The notes: generated by a model from the letters alone, not told the origin. Positions 36,765 to 46,559 are shown, counted from the first letter of the stretch. The stretch: 64,000 nt of DNA from an uncultured Alphaproteobacteria bacterium (GCA_963777795.1 CAVZRM010000001.1:485460-549459), one strand, 5' to 3'. Translations and numbers: made by a program.

Positions 36765-38187
36765 TCAGGGCCCTTGCCGCTTCGATCCAGGTGCCGATGC
36801 CGCCAGTGAGGCCGAGCAGAAAGCCGGCCTCCCGGCAGGCCAGCGCGGTTGCCACGAACAGGGCGGTGAAGACAAAGTCCTGGCGCAAAAAGCTCAATCC
36901 GTGGTGCCGCTTGCCGTAAGCCAGCGCGGCATAGCGCAAGGCATCGGCCGCCGCGAGCACAGCAACTGCGGCGGTCATTCCGCTGTAGGCCAGGGCAGGG
37001 GGCAGCAGCGCGACGGTCCAGGCGAGCTTGACGCCGTTGCCCAGCGCCACCCCCGAAGGAGCGCCGATGCCCAGGATCATCGCATCGGCGAGCGTGGCCA
37101 GCACGGCGAACCACGCGCCCGCCAGCAGGATCGTCAGCATCAGGCCGGCGGCGTGGTAGCGCGGATCGTATAGCAGCTCGATGATCGCGTCCGCCACGGC
37201 GACGCCGCCCCCGAGCATGACCGCGATGGCGGCGAGAGCGAGCCGCCGCTTCGGGGCGATCGCCCGGCGCAGGTCTTCGCCCCGTTCGGTATGGGCCGCG
37301 ATCCGGGGAAAAATCACGAAGATGCCCATCTGATGGACCAACTGCATGGCCGCATCAGCATAGGTTCGGGCGATGCTGTAAACACCCAGCAGGACTAGCG
37401 GGATCGCCTTGGCAAAGTACAGCCGGTCGAAGTTCATCGAGGCGAAGTAGATCAGCGAGGAAAGAAAGATCCATTTGCCGATCGAAAAGATCGAGCGCAC
37501 CGCATCCCGGTCGAGCTTGAAGCGGTGCAGGCGGTAGTCGATCAGGAAGAAGCTGGCGATCGCGGGCAGGGCCGACCCGGCCAGGAAGCCGATCATCAGC
37601 GCCCAGATCCCCGGGATCGCGAAGGCGAGGGCAATCGTGATCAGGCTGGTGATCAGCGTCCAGGTGAAGTCGAACAGGGTAAGCTCGCGCACCCGCAACT
37701 GCTTTTGCAGGACGAACCGCGACGGCGAGGTCATGCCGGTGAACACGAAGATCAGCGCGCCGATCGGGATCAGTTCGGCCAGTTGCGGCTCATCGTAAAA
37801 CTGCGCCAGCGGATCGGCGACGGCCCAGGCCAGAGCGAACAGCAACAGGCCGCGGATCGTCTGGAGGGTCCAGGCGGTGCTGAGGTAACGCGGGCTATCG
37901 CCGTCGGGACGGCTGACGATGCCCTGGCCGACGCCGATATCGGTGAACATCTCGCAGCCCATCCGCAGCGTGTTGATCAGCATCATTGTGGCGAACAGCT
38001 CGGGGGCGAGCAGGCGCGCGACAATGATGTTGGTCAGCAGCCGCAGGACCTGCGTCGCCGCGTAGAGACCGCCGACCCACACGACATGGCCGGCCAGCTT
38101 CGATCCCCCCGGCATGCGAATTTTCCAGCGGGGAACCTCGCGCGGTCCGGGGGCGATGACAGCATCGGACAGGTCTTGCTGCAACAC
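36757..38187 (-). CDS. Wzx-type oligosaccharide flippase (alternative start 38115)
   Basis: ARLLAPELF, DIGVGQGI, about 12 TM segments, LGVYSIA. Confidence 0.85.
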   Translation of the reverse strand: MLQQDLSDAVIAPGPREVPRWKIRMPGGSKLAGHVVWVGGLYAATQVLRLLTNIIVARLLAPELFATMMLINTLRMGCEMFTDIGVGQGIVSRPDGDSPRYLSTAWTLQTIRGLLLFALAWAVADPLAQFYDEPQLAELIPIGALIFVFTGMTSPSRFVLQKQLRVRELTLFDFTWTLITSLITIALAFAIPGIWALMIGFLAGSALPAIASFFLIDYRLHRFKLDRDAVRSIFSIGKWIFLSSLIYFASMNFDRLYFAKAIPLVLLGVYSIARTYADAAMQLVHQMGIFVIFPRIAAHTERGEDLRRAIAPKRRLALAAIAVMLGGGVAVADAIIELLYDPRYHAAGLMLTILLAGAWFAVLATLADAMILGIGAPSGVALGNGVKLAWTVALLPPALAYSGMTAAVAVLAAADALRYAALAYGKRHHGLSFLRQDFVFTALFVATALACREAGFLLGLTGGIGTWIEAARALNG

Positions 38188-38279
38188 AGGCCCCTTCCTG
38201 TCTGGCGAATGGTTGGCGGTCTATAGGCGCAATGCGGCGGACGTCCAGATTGGCCCGGAGCGACTTGGCCGCAGCCGCG

Positions 38280-39281
38280 CTAGCCCGGCTTGCGCGCCAC
38301 CAGGACGAAGTGCGCCCGGGAGTTGAAGATCCGTTTCTGCAACGCGCGGATGCCATTGTTGTTGAGCAGCCGGTAAGGAAATTTGCGAAACAGATGGCGC
38401 AGCTCGACCTTGAAACCGCGTGCCCTCAGCATCGCTTCAAGCTCGAACGGATCGAGCAGCCGCTCGGAATATTCGCCGGTTTCGGGATTGCGGCACCAGC
38501 CGAACTCGTCCCGCACGGGCAGCGCGCCATCGCGTTTGAACGCGGCGACGGCCTGGTCGATCTGATTGTAGACCAGCCCTGCGGTGGCGGTCCGGAGTTT
38601 TGCCACGTCCGCGTCGCCCAGTTCGGGTGCCGCCTCGCGGATGCGGCGCTCGCGCATCACGCCATAGGGCTCGGCGTCGGCGTGTTCGACCGGGCGCACA
38701 TCCTTTTTCAGCCAGTCGACGTGGTCCCATGACTCATCGCGTTCCTGCCATGATCCCCAGGAGTGCGCGCGCGCGTCGGGATTGTAGCGGTTGCTGTCAT
38801 TGACGAATACCGCAGTGCCGCCCGGTCGCAGCAAGCGCAGGCAGTTGTCGAACATTTCTCCGAGATCGTGAACGTGTTCGATCGCCTCGGTCGAAAAAAT
38901 CCCGTCGAATGAGGCGTCTGGCAGATCAAGCTGGCAGATATCGCCGTTCAGCGGGGTGACATTGAGCGGCTGGCCCTGACTTTTCATGCTCTCGAGGCAC
39001 ATGGTCATGCCGTCCACCATCGATGGCAGAATGTCGCTTGCCACCATCTCGTTCTTGCCGATGATCGACAGGCCGACCGAATCCCAGCCAAAACCGCAGC
39101 CTACTTCGAGGACGCGTTTGCCGTAGAACCCGCCCAGATCGCAGTAGTGCTTCGTGCGCCAATGCCATACTTCATGCTCATCGGCGTCGAAGGTACCCTG
39201 CCGGTAGACCTGAAGATCCGGATGCTCGGAGCCGTGCACATATTGAAGCATTGTCTCGCGCAGTTTTTCACTATCAATCAT
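38280..39281 (-). CDS. Class I SAM-dependent methyltransferase
   Basis: VLEVGCGFG, DGIFSTEAIEHV, LLRPGG. Confidence 0.85.
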   Translation of the reverse strand: MIDSEKLRETMLQYVHGSEHPDLQVYRQGTFDADEHEVWHWRTKHYCDLGGFYGKRVLEVGCGFGWDSVGLSIIGKNEMVASDILPSMVDGMTMCLESMKSQGQPLNVTPLNGDICQLDLPDASFDGIFSTEAIEHVHDLGEMFDNCLRLLRPGGTAVFVNDSNRYNPDARAHSWGSWQERDESWDHVDWLKKDVRPVEHADAEPYGVMRERRIREAAPELGDADVAKLRTATAGLVYNQIDQAVAAFKRDGALPVRDEFGWCRNPETGEYSERLLDPFELEAMLRARGFKVELRHLFRKFPYRLLNNNGIRALQKRIFNSRAHFVLVARKPG

Positions 39282-39577
39282 GCCAAACCCCGTGAATTCT
39301 CGAGCGATCGAGATGGAACGCACTGCGGCCCCATAGTCAAACAGTTGATTGAGCGCTAGAGTTTGCGCGCAGGCTCCGTGCGGACACTTAGCGAAGTCCG
39401 CCTGTTCCTGTCGGGACGCCCGATTGCCCCCGAACTGCGGGAGTGTCTGTCAAATCAGCACAAGGCAAATCTGCACTGCGGCAAAACCTGAGGATTCCGC
39501 TTGCTGCCCGAATGGCCCGGGTTGGGACAACCTGACCTGCGCGAAGGCTACTTCAATAGCAGCCTTCGCGAATGGAG

Positions 39578-41005
39578 TCAGGTCACGGCCTGGGCGGGAC
39601 GCGCCTTGCCGATCCCGCTCTGCCTGGCGCTGGCCAGCATGGTGTCGCGGCGCGTTGCGGTATTGAGCTTGCGGCGGATGGCCTGGATCATCTGCTGCTG
39701 GGCCGGCTTCAGCGGCCGGCTGCCGGTGCACAGCGAGGCGAGAGTGACCTTTGCCGGAGCATTGACCAGCCGCTGATCGGCCTTGAAATTGAAGCCATCG
39801 ATCCATTTCAGCGCGGTGCCGTTGCCGAGATTGCCAGTGGAACAACTCAGCATCTTGTCGATGCAGTTGGTGGTCCAGGCCGCCAGCGCATCGTCGTCCC
39901 ACGCGCCGAACCAGTCGGCGTGGTAAGTCGCGCCGGACACTTTGTTGGGCGTTCCCGCCATGCGATCGGACGAGAAGTGCCATGTCTGCAAGTTGGGATC
40001 GGTGTTGCCCGAGCGGTCGAGCGTGCTGTCGGTGGTGTAGGCCGCCGCCAGCGTATAGATCGGCAACACGTAGGGATGCGTCGCCGGGCAGCGCACGACG
40101 CCTTGCGCATCGGCTGCTATATACGCCATGTGGCTGCGGTGATCGGCGCTGTCGAGCTGGGTTCCGTTCCAGCACGACGGTGTTTCTGCGGCGGCGATAA
40201 GCTGTGCGCCCGAGGGACAGTTCTTCGCCGCCTCGACCAGGGTCGAATAGATACCCGGCACTGCCCCGGTCCCCATGCAGTTGAACCAGACATTCGCCGG
40301 CTGGCTGGGATTGGTCATGCTCCGCCCGAACACCAGGCGCAGACCGCGCGGGATGCCGATGCACTTGCCGTATTGCACGCACTGCGCCGAACCTGCCGGA
40401 AAACGCTTGTAATAGACCGCGAGATGATCGGGCATGACCACCTGGCCAAGCCCGTTCATCAGCGCCGGGATCCAGTAGGATGAGCGGTTGAGCTTGCTCT
40501 GGCAGGTGCTCTCGCCGGTAGTGCGCAGCGACTGGTAGGTCGAATAGGCGTCGGCTTTGGTGTTGCCAAAAAAGGTGTGCAGGTGGGCAGCCCCGGGCTG
40601 GCCGGGATAGACGATCGGATCGTCGTAGGCGTTGTGGCTCGCCTTGCAGACGAACCGGAATGCGCCGACGTTGTCGGGTGCCATCGATCCCGGTACGGCC
40701 ATAGCCACCTTTTCGACGGTGGTGTCGAAATTGGATGCGATCGAATCCAGCTGCACGTAGCTGCCTGGCGAGGTGGTCGCAGTCGCAACAGGGGTTGGTG
40801 TCGGGGTAGGCGTCGCGGTAGGCGTCGGTGTCGGCGTTGGGGCCGGCGCTTGCGCCGTTGGCGGCAGGGGCACAAGGGTGATGCGCCGCTTCATCAGACT
40901 GACCAAGTCCGAAGCGGCGCTCGCAACGCCATTGCCGGAGCCGTCGCCGCAGCCTGCGGAGAGTGAAATGAGCGCGATCAAACCCGTAGTACGGAATCGA
41001 ACCAT
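39578..41005 (-). CDS. DUF1996-domain lipoprotein, copy 1 (PT-rich linker)
   Basis: Lipobox LSAG-C, PTPT linker, SHNAYDDPIVYPGQPGAAHLHTFFGN, NRSSYWIPAL, YHADWFGAWD. Confidence 0.85.
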   Translation of the reverse strand: MVRFRTTGLIALISLSAGCGDGSGNGVASAASDLVSLMKRRITLVPLPPTAQAPAPTPTPTPTATPTPTPTPVATATTSPGSYVQLDSIASNFDTTVEKVAMAVPGSMAPDNVGAFRFVCKASHNAYDDPIVYPGQPGAAHLHTFFGNTKADAYSTYQSLRTTGESTCQSKLNRSSYWIPALMNGLGQVVMPDHLAVYYKRFPAGSAQCVQYGKCIGIPRGLRLVFGRSMTNPSQPANVWFNCMGTGAVPGIYSTLVEAAKNCPSGAQLIAAAETPSCWNGTQLDSADHRSHMAYIAADAQGVVRCPATHPYVLPIYTLAAAYTTDSTLDRSGNTDPNLQTWHFSSDRMAGTPNKVSGATYHADWFGAWDDDALAAWTTNCIDKMLSCSTGNLGNGTALKWIDGFNFKADQRLVNAPAKVTLASLCTGSRPLKPAQQQMIQAIRRKLNTATRRDTMLASARQSGIGKARPAQAVT

Positions 41006-41553
41006 GAAGATTGTCCTCGAATATTCGAAGGGGAGCTAACGGGAATTTGACTAAGATCGAGTTACGAAGGCACGTGAATTAAGTGTTCACACGTGACAGC
41101 CCCGATGGCCGCGAACAGCAGACAGGACCAGCCGCAGTCGATAAGCCGGTCGAGGAAGGCGGTGACGCGATCAGCGAACTGCTCCTGAATGCGTTCACCT
41201 GGCTCCATGCGACGCCCGGCAGGCCCAAAATCCTGACCTTGATCGGCCGGGCGGGTCGGTATGCCCGCGAAATCGGCCGTTTCGATCACCGCCGTCAGCG
41301 CCTGCTTTGCTATCCGGCAGAGCGCGCATTTGGAGACCGTGCAGAGCCCCATTTCCTGATCGCGAGACGGACCTGGAGCGTGCTAACCGCTTTGATTCAT
41401 TAGATTGCACAGCGATTACCTGTGTGATAGTCCCTGCTCTGCTATGCGTAATCCTAGTAATAGGAGTGTCTAACCCGCCCTTGTATCAGAGAAAGAAACA
41501 ATGGCTATTTTTTCAAGTAGTCTACAAGAAATTCCTGCAAAGGCCTCAATTTC

Positions 41554-41805
41554 ATGAGCTCTAATGAAGATCTTATAAAAGTCGTAAACAGAGTTGTCTG
41601 CGATGTATTGAATAGTCCGGATGTGGTGTTAACAGAAGAAACCACAGCTGCGGATGTTCCTGGATGGGATTCCTTGACTCATGTCCAGATAATAATCGAG
41701 ATTGAACGCTTGTACTCTCTTCGCTTCACTTCGACAGAAGTAGCCCAACTGGAAAATGCCGGATCACTGGTCGAGCTGATCGAGAAGCACCGGAACAAGA
41801 GCTGA
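41554..41805 (+). CDS. Acyl/aminoacyl carrier protein (DltC role)
   Basis: 83 aa, acidic, GWDSL phosphopantetheine site. Confidence 0.9.
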   Translation: MSSNEDLIKVVNRVVCDVLNSPDVVLTEETTAADVPGWDSLTHVQIIIEIERLYSLRFTSTEVAQLENAGSLVELIEKHRNKS

Positions 41806-41822
41806 GAGGGTTCAAGGCGGGA

Positions 41823-43409
41823 ATGGGTCGGCTTACAATGAACCTGGGTTCAGTCTTGATAAAGTCTGCCCGACAACACCGGCTGCGAGCGGCCTTGTGG
41901 AGCAAGGGAGCGCAACTGACGTATGGCGCGTTGTTCGAGCGGGCCAGCGGCATCGCGCAGGCGCTGGCAAATGCAGGTATCGGCCCTGGCGACCGGGTCG
42001 CGATCCTGTCAGACCGGACCTTGACCGCCTACACATGCATCGTGGCAACCTTGCTGTGCGGTGCAGCTTATGTTCCGCTGAACCCCAGGTTTCCGGTCCA
42101 TCGCAATCGGCAGATCTTGATTGAATCCGGTGCCTGTGCCTTGCTGTGCGACGACAGGCACCGTGCGATCATCGGTGAACTGACCGACGATATTGCCTCG
42201 CTCCGGCTGCTGGCATTTCCGGAAGGCGAGACCGCTCGCGGCGAAACCGCCCTGGCCCAATTGGGTGTCGCTGACCTCACCCCCCGCTCACTCGATCTGC
42301 CCGCGCCTTGCGAGCAAGCCTGCGGCGAACTGGCCTATGTGTTTTTCACCTCGGGCAGCACCGGCACGCCCAAGGGCGTGCCCATCAGCCATGGCAATGT
42401 CTTCGCCTATCTGGAGGGCATTCGTTCGATCTGTTCGATCACCGAGCAGGACCGCTTGTTGCAGCTGGTCGATCTGACGTTCGATCTTTCGGTGCACGAC
42501 ATGTTCCTGTGCTGGACTTCGGGGGCCTGCCTCTACAGTGTCCCCGAGAATGCCGTGCTGCTGTGCACCCGGTTCGTCGTCGAGCAGGAAATAACTGCCT
42601 GGCTTTCGGTTCCGTCGACGGCTGGGCTGATCAAGCAATCGGGTTTGCTGGAACCGGCCAGCATGCATAGTCTGCGGCATACCTTTTTCTGCGGCGAGGC
42701 GCTGACCGGTGCGGTAGCGGAAGCATGGGCGGAGGCGGCGCCGAATTCCCGAATCGACAATATCTACGGGCCGACCGAGGCAACGGTGGCGTTCAGTTCG
42801 TTCCAGTATCAGCCGGGCCAGGAGCTGCCGCCTGCCGTGGTGCCACTCGGCCAGCCGTTTCCCGGTCAGCACATGGCGCTTTTTTCGGACGAAGGCGAGG
42901 AACAGCTCGAATTCGGCGAAATCTGTCTTGCCGGTAGCCAGGTGATGGAGGGCTATTGGCAGGATCCCGCGATGTCTGCGAAGCGGATGTTCGATGCCAA
43001 CGGACTTCGCTGGTATCGCACCGGGGATCTCGGCCGGTACGATAAGGAACAGGGGTTCCTTTACGCCGGGCGGGCCGATCATCAGGTGAAAATTCGCGGC
43101 TACCGGGTGGAGCTGCAGGAAATCGAGCATGTCGTTCGGGAGACCTCCGGGAGCGATCTGGTGGCGGTTCTGCCGTGGTCGGAAACGCCCGGCGGACCGG
43201 CAGTCGGTTGCGCTGCATTTGCCTTGCATCCCAAATCGGATGAGGATCGGATCATTGCCGCGTGCCGTGAAAGGTTGCCAGAGTACATGGTTCCCAATCG
43301 AGTTTTCGCTGTTGCCGAGATACCGTTCAATGCGAACGGCAAAGTCGATTATGTGGCTTTGCGCAGTCACCCGATGATGGCGCAGCTGGCCGAGCGGGGC
43401 AAAAGATGA
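41823..43409 (+). CDS. Stand-alone amino-acid adenylation enzyme (DltA-like)
   Basis: YVFFTSGSTGTPKGV, FDLSV, FCGE, NIYGPTEATV, YRTGD, GRADHQVKIRGYRVEL, NGKVD. Confidence 0.9.
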   Translation: MGRLTMNLGSVLIKSARQHRLRAALWSKGAQLTYGALFERASGIAQALANAGIGPGDRVAILSDRTLTAYTCIVATLLCGAAYVPLNPRFPVHRNRQILIESGACALLCDDRHRAIIGELTDDIASLRLLAFPEGETARGETALAQLGVADLTPRSLDLPAPCEQACGELAYVFFTSGSTGTPKGVPISHGNVFAYLEGIRSICSITEQDRLLQLVDLTFDLSVHDMFLCWTSGACLYSVPENAVLLCTRFVVEQEITAWLSVPSTAGLIKQSGLLEPASMHSLRHTFFCGEALTGAVAEAWAEAAPNSRIDNIYGPTEATVAFSSFQYQPGQELPPAVVPLGQPFPGQHMALFSDEGEEQLEFGEICLAGSQVMEGYWQDPAMSAKRMFDANGLRWYRTGDLGRYDKEQGFLYAGRADHQVKIRGYRVELQEIEHVVRETSGSDLVAVLPWSETPGGPAVGCAAFALHPKSDEDRIIAACRERLPEYMVPNRVFAVAEIPFNANGKVDYVALRSHPMMAQLAERGKR

Positions 43410-43996
43410 CCGGCGCGCAGTCTGCTGGCGACCTCATGCTGCTTCCGCCAAGCGCGCTTACGCCGGACCAGCTCGGGCAGGCCGCGCGGCTGGTTTGTCA
43501 GGCTATGCCACAGTTCTATGCGACCGTTGCCGCAGACCGCGCCCGAGAGATTGTCGCGGCGGAAATGCTGGGGCCGGACAACGAGCTTTCCGATTGTTTG
43601 TGCAGCGTCGCCGATAATGCCGTGACCGGCGTGTTGTGCGCCTATCCCGCCGCAACGCAGGCTCAGCGCCAGCGAGCCGGGCTGCATCATTTCGCCGGGT
43701 CGCTCGATCGCGATGAAGTCGCCGTGTTCTTCGCCCATCTCAAGGCCTTGCGCGAACAGATCGGGCCGATAGGTCCGGTCAGTCATTATCTGGCGCGCCT
43801 TGCCGTTTCCGAGAGCTGCCGTGGTTCGCCCTTGGCGACCGAAATCTTGGGCGCACTCCTGGACATGGCGGGCATCGGCGGCGTCTCCTTGCATGTTCAT
43901 GCTGACAATGCCCGTGCGATTGCGTTTTACCGCAAGTCGGGATTCGTTTCAGTTGGGGACGCCAAACTGGACTATCTGGTCATGGAGCGGCGCTGA
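43406..43996 (+). CDS. GNAT-family N-acetyltransferase
   Basis: YLARLAVSESCRG, LHVHADNARAIAFYRKSGF; ATGA overlap with the A-domain gene. Confidence 0.85.
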   Translation: MTGAQSAGDLMLLPPSALTPDQLGQAARLVCQAMPQFYATVAADRAREIVAAEMLGPDNELSDCLCSVADNAVTGVLCAYPAATQAQRQRAGLHHFAGSLDRDEVAVFFAHLKALREQIGPIGPVSHYLARLAVSESCRGSPLATEILGALLDMAGIGGVSLHVHADNARAIAFYRKSGFVSVGDAKLDYLVMERR

Positions 43997-44038
43997 GCCT
44001 ATCCTGCACGGGAGCCAGCGCAATCGGGGGCAGCAAAT

Positions 44039-45199
44039 GTGAATCAGGGTGCGATACCCGTCAATGGCATTGCATTCTGGCTGTTCGCCATCTTTGTGAT
44101 CCTGGTGATGACCGTGCTGCGCGGGCAGCGGATGCAGCGCTATGCGCTGTCGGCGATCAACCTTGGCTTTCTCGCGCTGATACTGCACGGCCTGGTTGCC
44201 TACGTTGTCCTGGCCATCCTGGTGTTCCATGTGATGCTGCGTCTGATCCGTGGCGAAGCCTGGCCGCGCGCGGTGACGGCAATCGCATCCGTTCTCCTGC
44301 TGGCCCTGTTTGTGTTGAACAAGTCTGGCGTGGCAAATCTGCCGGGCATGCCGCATGGCGTGCCGGTGGTGCTGACGGCGGTGGGATTTTCCTTCTTGGC
44401 GCTGCGTGCGATCGAAGTGGTGCGGGCAAACTTCGAGCGCCGCCATGCACCGCCGGACTTCGTCGCGCTGGTCAATTATCTGATTCCGTTCCACATGCTG
44501 GCCGCGGGGCCAATCCAGGCGTACGACGACTTTTGCCGTCCGTCGCAGCCGGCACCGATCGACAAGGAAGTGGTCTTGTCCGGAACGGAAGCAATCGCCA
44601 GCGGGTTGTTCAAGAAATTCGTGCTCGCTTTTGCCGTGCAGTCGATCTTTCTCAACGACTTCAACTCGAACGGCGTGCAGTTGCTGTTTGAATCAATGGC
44701 CTTCTTGTTGTGGCTCTATCTCGATTTCAGCGCCTACAGCAACATAGCGCTGGGAATTGGCATTCTGGCGGGCATTCCCACGCCCGAAAACTTTCGCAAC
44801 CCGTTGATGGCCCGCAATCTGGTCGATTTCTGGGATCGCTGGCACATTTCGCTGTCGCTGTTCATCCGCAGGAACATCTTTATCCCGATTCAGCTAAGCC
44901 TGATGCGCCACAGCAGCAGGCCGAACCCGGTTCTGGTCGCATCGGTCGCGACTGGCGTTTCCTTCCTGCTGTGCGGTTTGTGGCATGGTTTGTCATGGGG
45001 GTGGTTCGTATGGGGCGCGTTGCATGCCGCCGGGCTGATCGGAGTTCGGCTCTATGGCGTTGCTCTGGCGCGGTTCTGCAATCCGCAGCAAATCGCCGCC
45101 TATCGCCAGAGCCGTGTGGCCGGGGGTGCCGCGATGCTGCTGACCTACATGTATGTCTCGGCGGCATTCCTGCCTGTGTTCCTGATCGGAAAGGCGTGA
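44039..45199 (+). CDS. MBOAT O-acyltransferase (DltB/AlgI family)
   Basis: GFSF, LAAGPI, YLDFSAYS, PENFRNP, DFWDRWHISLS, GLWHG. Confidence 0.92.
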   Translation: MNQGAIPVNGIAFWLFAIFVILVMTVLRGQRMQRYALSAINLGFLALILHGLVAYVVLAILVFHVMLRLIRGEAWPRAVTAIASVLLLALFVLNKSGVANLPGMPHGVPVVLTAVGFSFLALRAIEVVRANFERRHAPPDFVALVNYLIPFHMLAAGPIQAYDDFCRPSQPAPIDKEVVLSGTEAIASGLFKKFVLAFAVQSIFLNDFNSNGVQLLFESMAFLLWLYLDFSAYSNIALGIGILAGIPTPENFRNPLMARNLVDFWDRWHISLSLFIRRNIFIPIQLSLMRHSSRPNPVLVASVATGVSFLLCGLWHGLSWGWFVWGALHAAGLIGVRLYGVALARFCNPQQIAAYRQSRVAGGAAMLLTYMYVSAAFLPVFLIGKA

Positions 45200-45205
45200 C
45201 ACGCT

Positions 45206-45391
45206 ATGACTGACAATCAACCAGCCGTTGCGGGTGAGTTTCCGGCGATCCGGGCGCATGCGAATCTTGCCAACCGGCTGCGCGCCGTTCGCCGCAGCGT
45301 TCCAGTCCGCTCGGCCGTTATTGCTGTCCAGTTGATGCTCGTTTACGTCCTGTCGCAGAAAGATGCGACGTTCTTCTATCAGCAGTTCTGA
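45206..45391 (+). CDS. DltX-like acyl-shuttle microprotein
   Basis: 61 aa, single TM helix, ends FFYQQF*; tightly packed between the MBOAT and SGNH genes. Confidence 0.8.
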   Translation: MTDNQPAVAGEFPAIRAHANLANRLRAVRRSVPVRSAVIAVQLMLVYVLSQKDATFFYQQF

Positions 45392-45398
45392 CCAGACC

Positions 45399-46547
45399 AT
45401 GCTTGCGCAGCGCATCCGTCCCTTGATCAGTTTCGCCTATGTCGGCACTTGGATCGTGGCCATGGCCGCTGCGATCAACCTGCTGTTGGGATCGCTGGAC
45501 AAGACTCCCGTGCTGCAATGGTTGCCGGACCGCCAGACCGGCATAGGCTTCCTGATGGAGAGCAAGCAGCGGATAGATGCGGCGCAGCTAGCCTATCGCA
45601 GCGGCGTGGTCCGACCCGATCACTACCTTGGCGTGATTGTCGGCATTTCGGACGTCAGGGAGGGCGTCAGCATCGAAGAACTGACCAGAAAACTGGGCGA
45701 TCGCTGGCGTTTCATTGGCGTCGCGGGAGCCGGGGCGGGTAGCCCCAGCATAGCCGAACAGGCGGAATTGGTGTCGCAAAGCCAGTTGCGGCCCGATCTG
45801 GTCGTGCTCGGCATATCGCCCATGCACATGCTCGATACGCTGGTCGATCCCGCGCGGTCGCGGGCGATTGCCGATCAGGGGCCGCCGCCCGGTTTTGCCG
45901 AACGGTCCAAGGCTGCGGTTCGCGAGGCCATGTGGGTTGCCAATCGCCGCCATGATCTGCGCGCCTTTTTCGATCGCGTGCTCATGGATGTGCGATCAAC
46001 CGTGCAATCGTTCATCGGGCTTGATGCGGCGACGCAGGATTCACGCAGTCCGTGGCGCCCGATGTTGCGAACTTTGATCCAGAACAATCCTACCGAAAAG
46101 ACCTTGAGCAATGGCATCGCCTGGGCCCGCTCGTTCGGTGCCGATCGCATGGAAGCCTTTCAGCAAAGCGTCCTCGGGCCGGGCGTGGCCGGCGGCCTCG
46201 TCCGTGACTTCACCCGGCAAGGAGCCTGCGTGATGGTGATCATCATGCCTGAACACAGCCGGTTGCGCGCACTCATGCCCGCTGGCGTTGGCGCATGGAC
46301 TGAAAGTCGTTTGCGGCAGGAGAGCGGCGTTCCGAATCTTGCGGTGCTCGATTTCAGGGATCGTGCACCCGACAACGATTTTATCGACCTGGTGCATCTC
46401 AACACGGAGGGGAGCACGCGACTGAGCGGTATGCTGGCGGATTCGGTTCGCGAACTGGGTTTCGCTCAACCTCCGCTGATGGGCTCAAAGAACGCGGGGA
46501 GTGATTCAGGCCAGAGATGTGCCCCCATTGCGACCGATCGGAATTGA
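45399..46547 (+). CDS. DltD/AlgX-like SGNH-fold periplasmic acyltransferase
   Basis: N-terminal TM anchor, GIS (block I), PDLVVLGISP, DLVHLN (DxxH). Confidence 0.7.
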   Translation: MLAQRIRPLISFAYVGTWIVAMAAAINLLLGSLDKTPVLQWLPDRQTGIGFLMESKQRIDAAQLAYRSGVVRPDHYLGVIVGISDVREGVSIEELTRKLGDRWRFIGVAGAGAGSPSIAEQAELVSQSQLRPDLVVLGISPMHMLDTLVDPARSRAIADQGPPPGFAERSKAAVREAMWVANRRHDLRAFFDRVLMDVRSTVQSFIGLDAATQDSRSPWRPMLRTLIQNNPTEKTLSNGIAWARSFGADRMEAFQQSVLGPGVAGGLVRDFTRQGACVMVIIMPEHSRLRALMPAGVGAWTESRLRQESGVPNLAVLDFRDRAPDNDFIDLVHLNTEGSTRLSGMLADSVRELGFAQPPLMGSKNAGSDSGQRCAPIATDRN

Positions 46548-46559
46548 ACTGTCGCGGGG

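Noticed and set aside
40790-40860. Tandem repeats in DUF1996 copy 1
   Set aside because: They encode an ordinary Pro-Thr linker
41062-41403. Small ORFs between DUF1996 copy 1 and the ACP gene
   Set aside because: Conflicting frames, no recognisable motif or RBS; cannot choose or support one
41554-43409. NRPS secondary-metabolite cluster
   Set aside because: No condensation or thioesterase domain; the MBOAT/DltX/DltD context indicates envelope acylation
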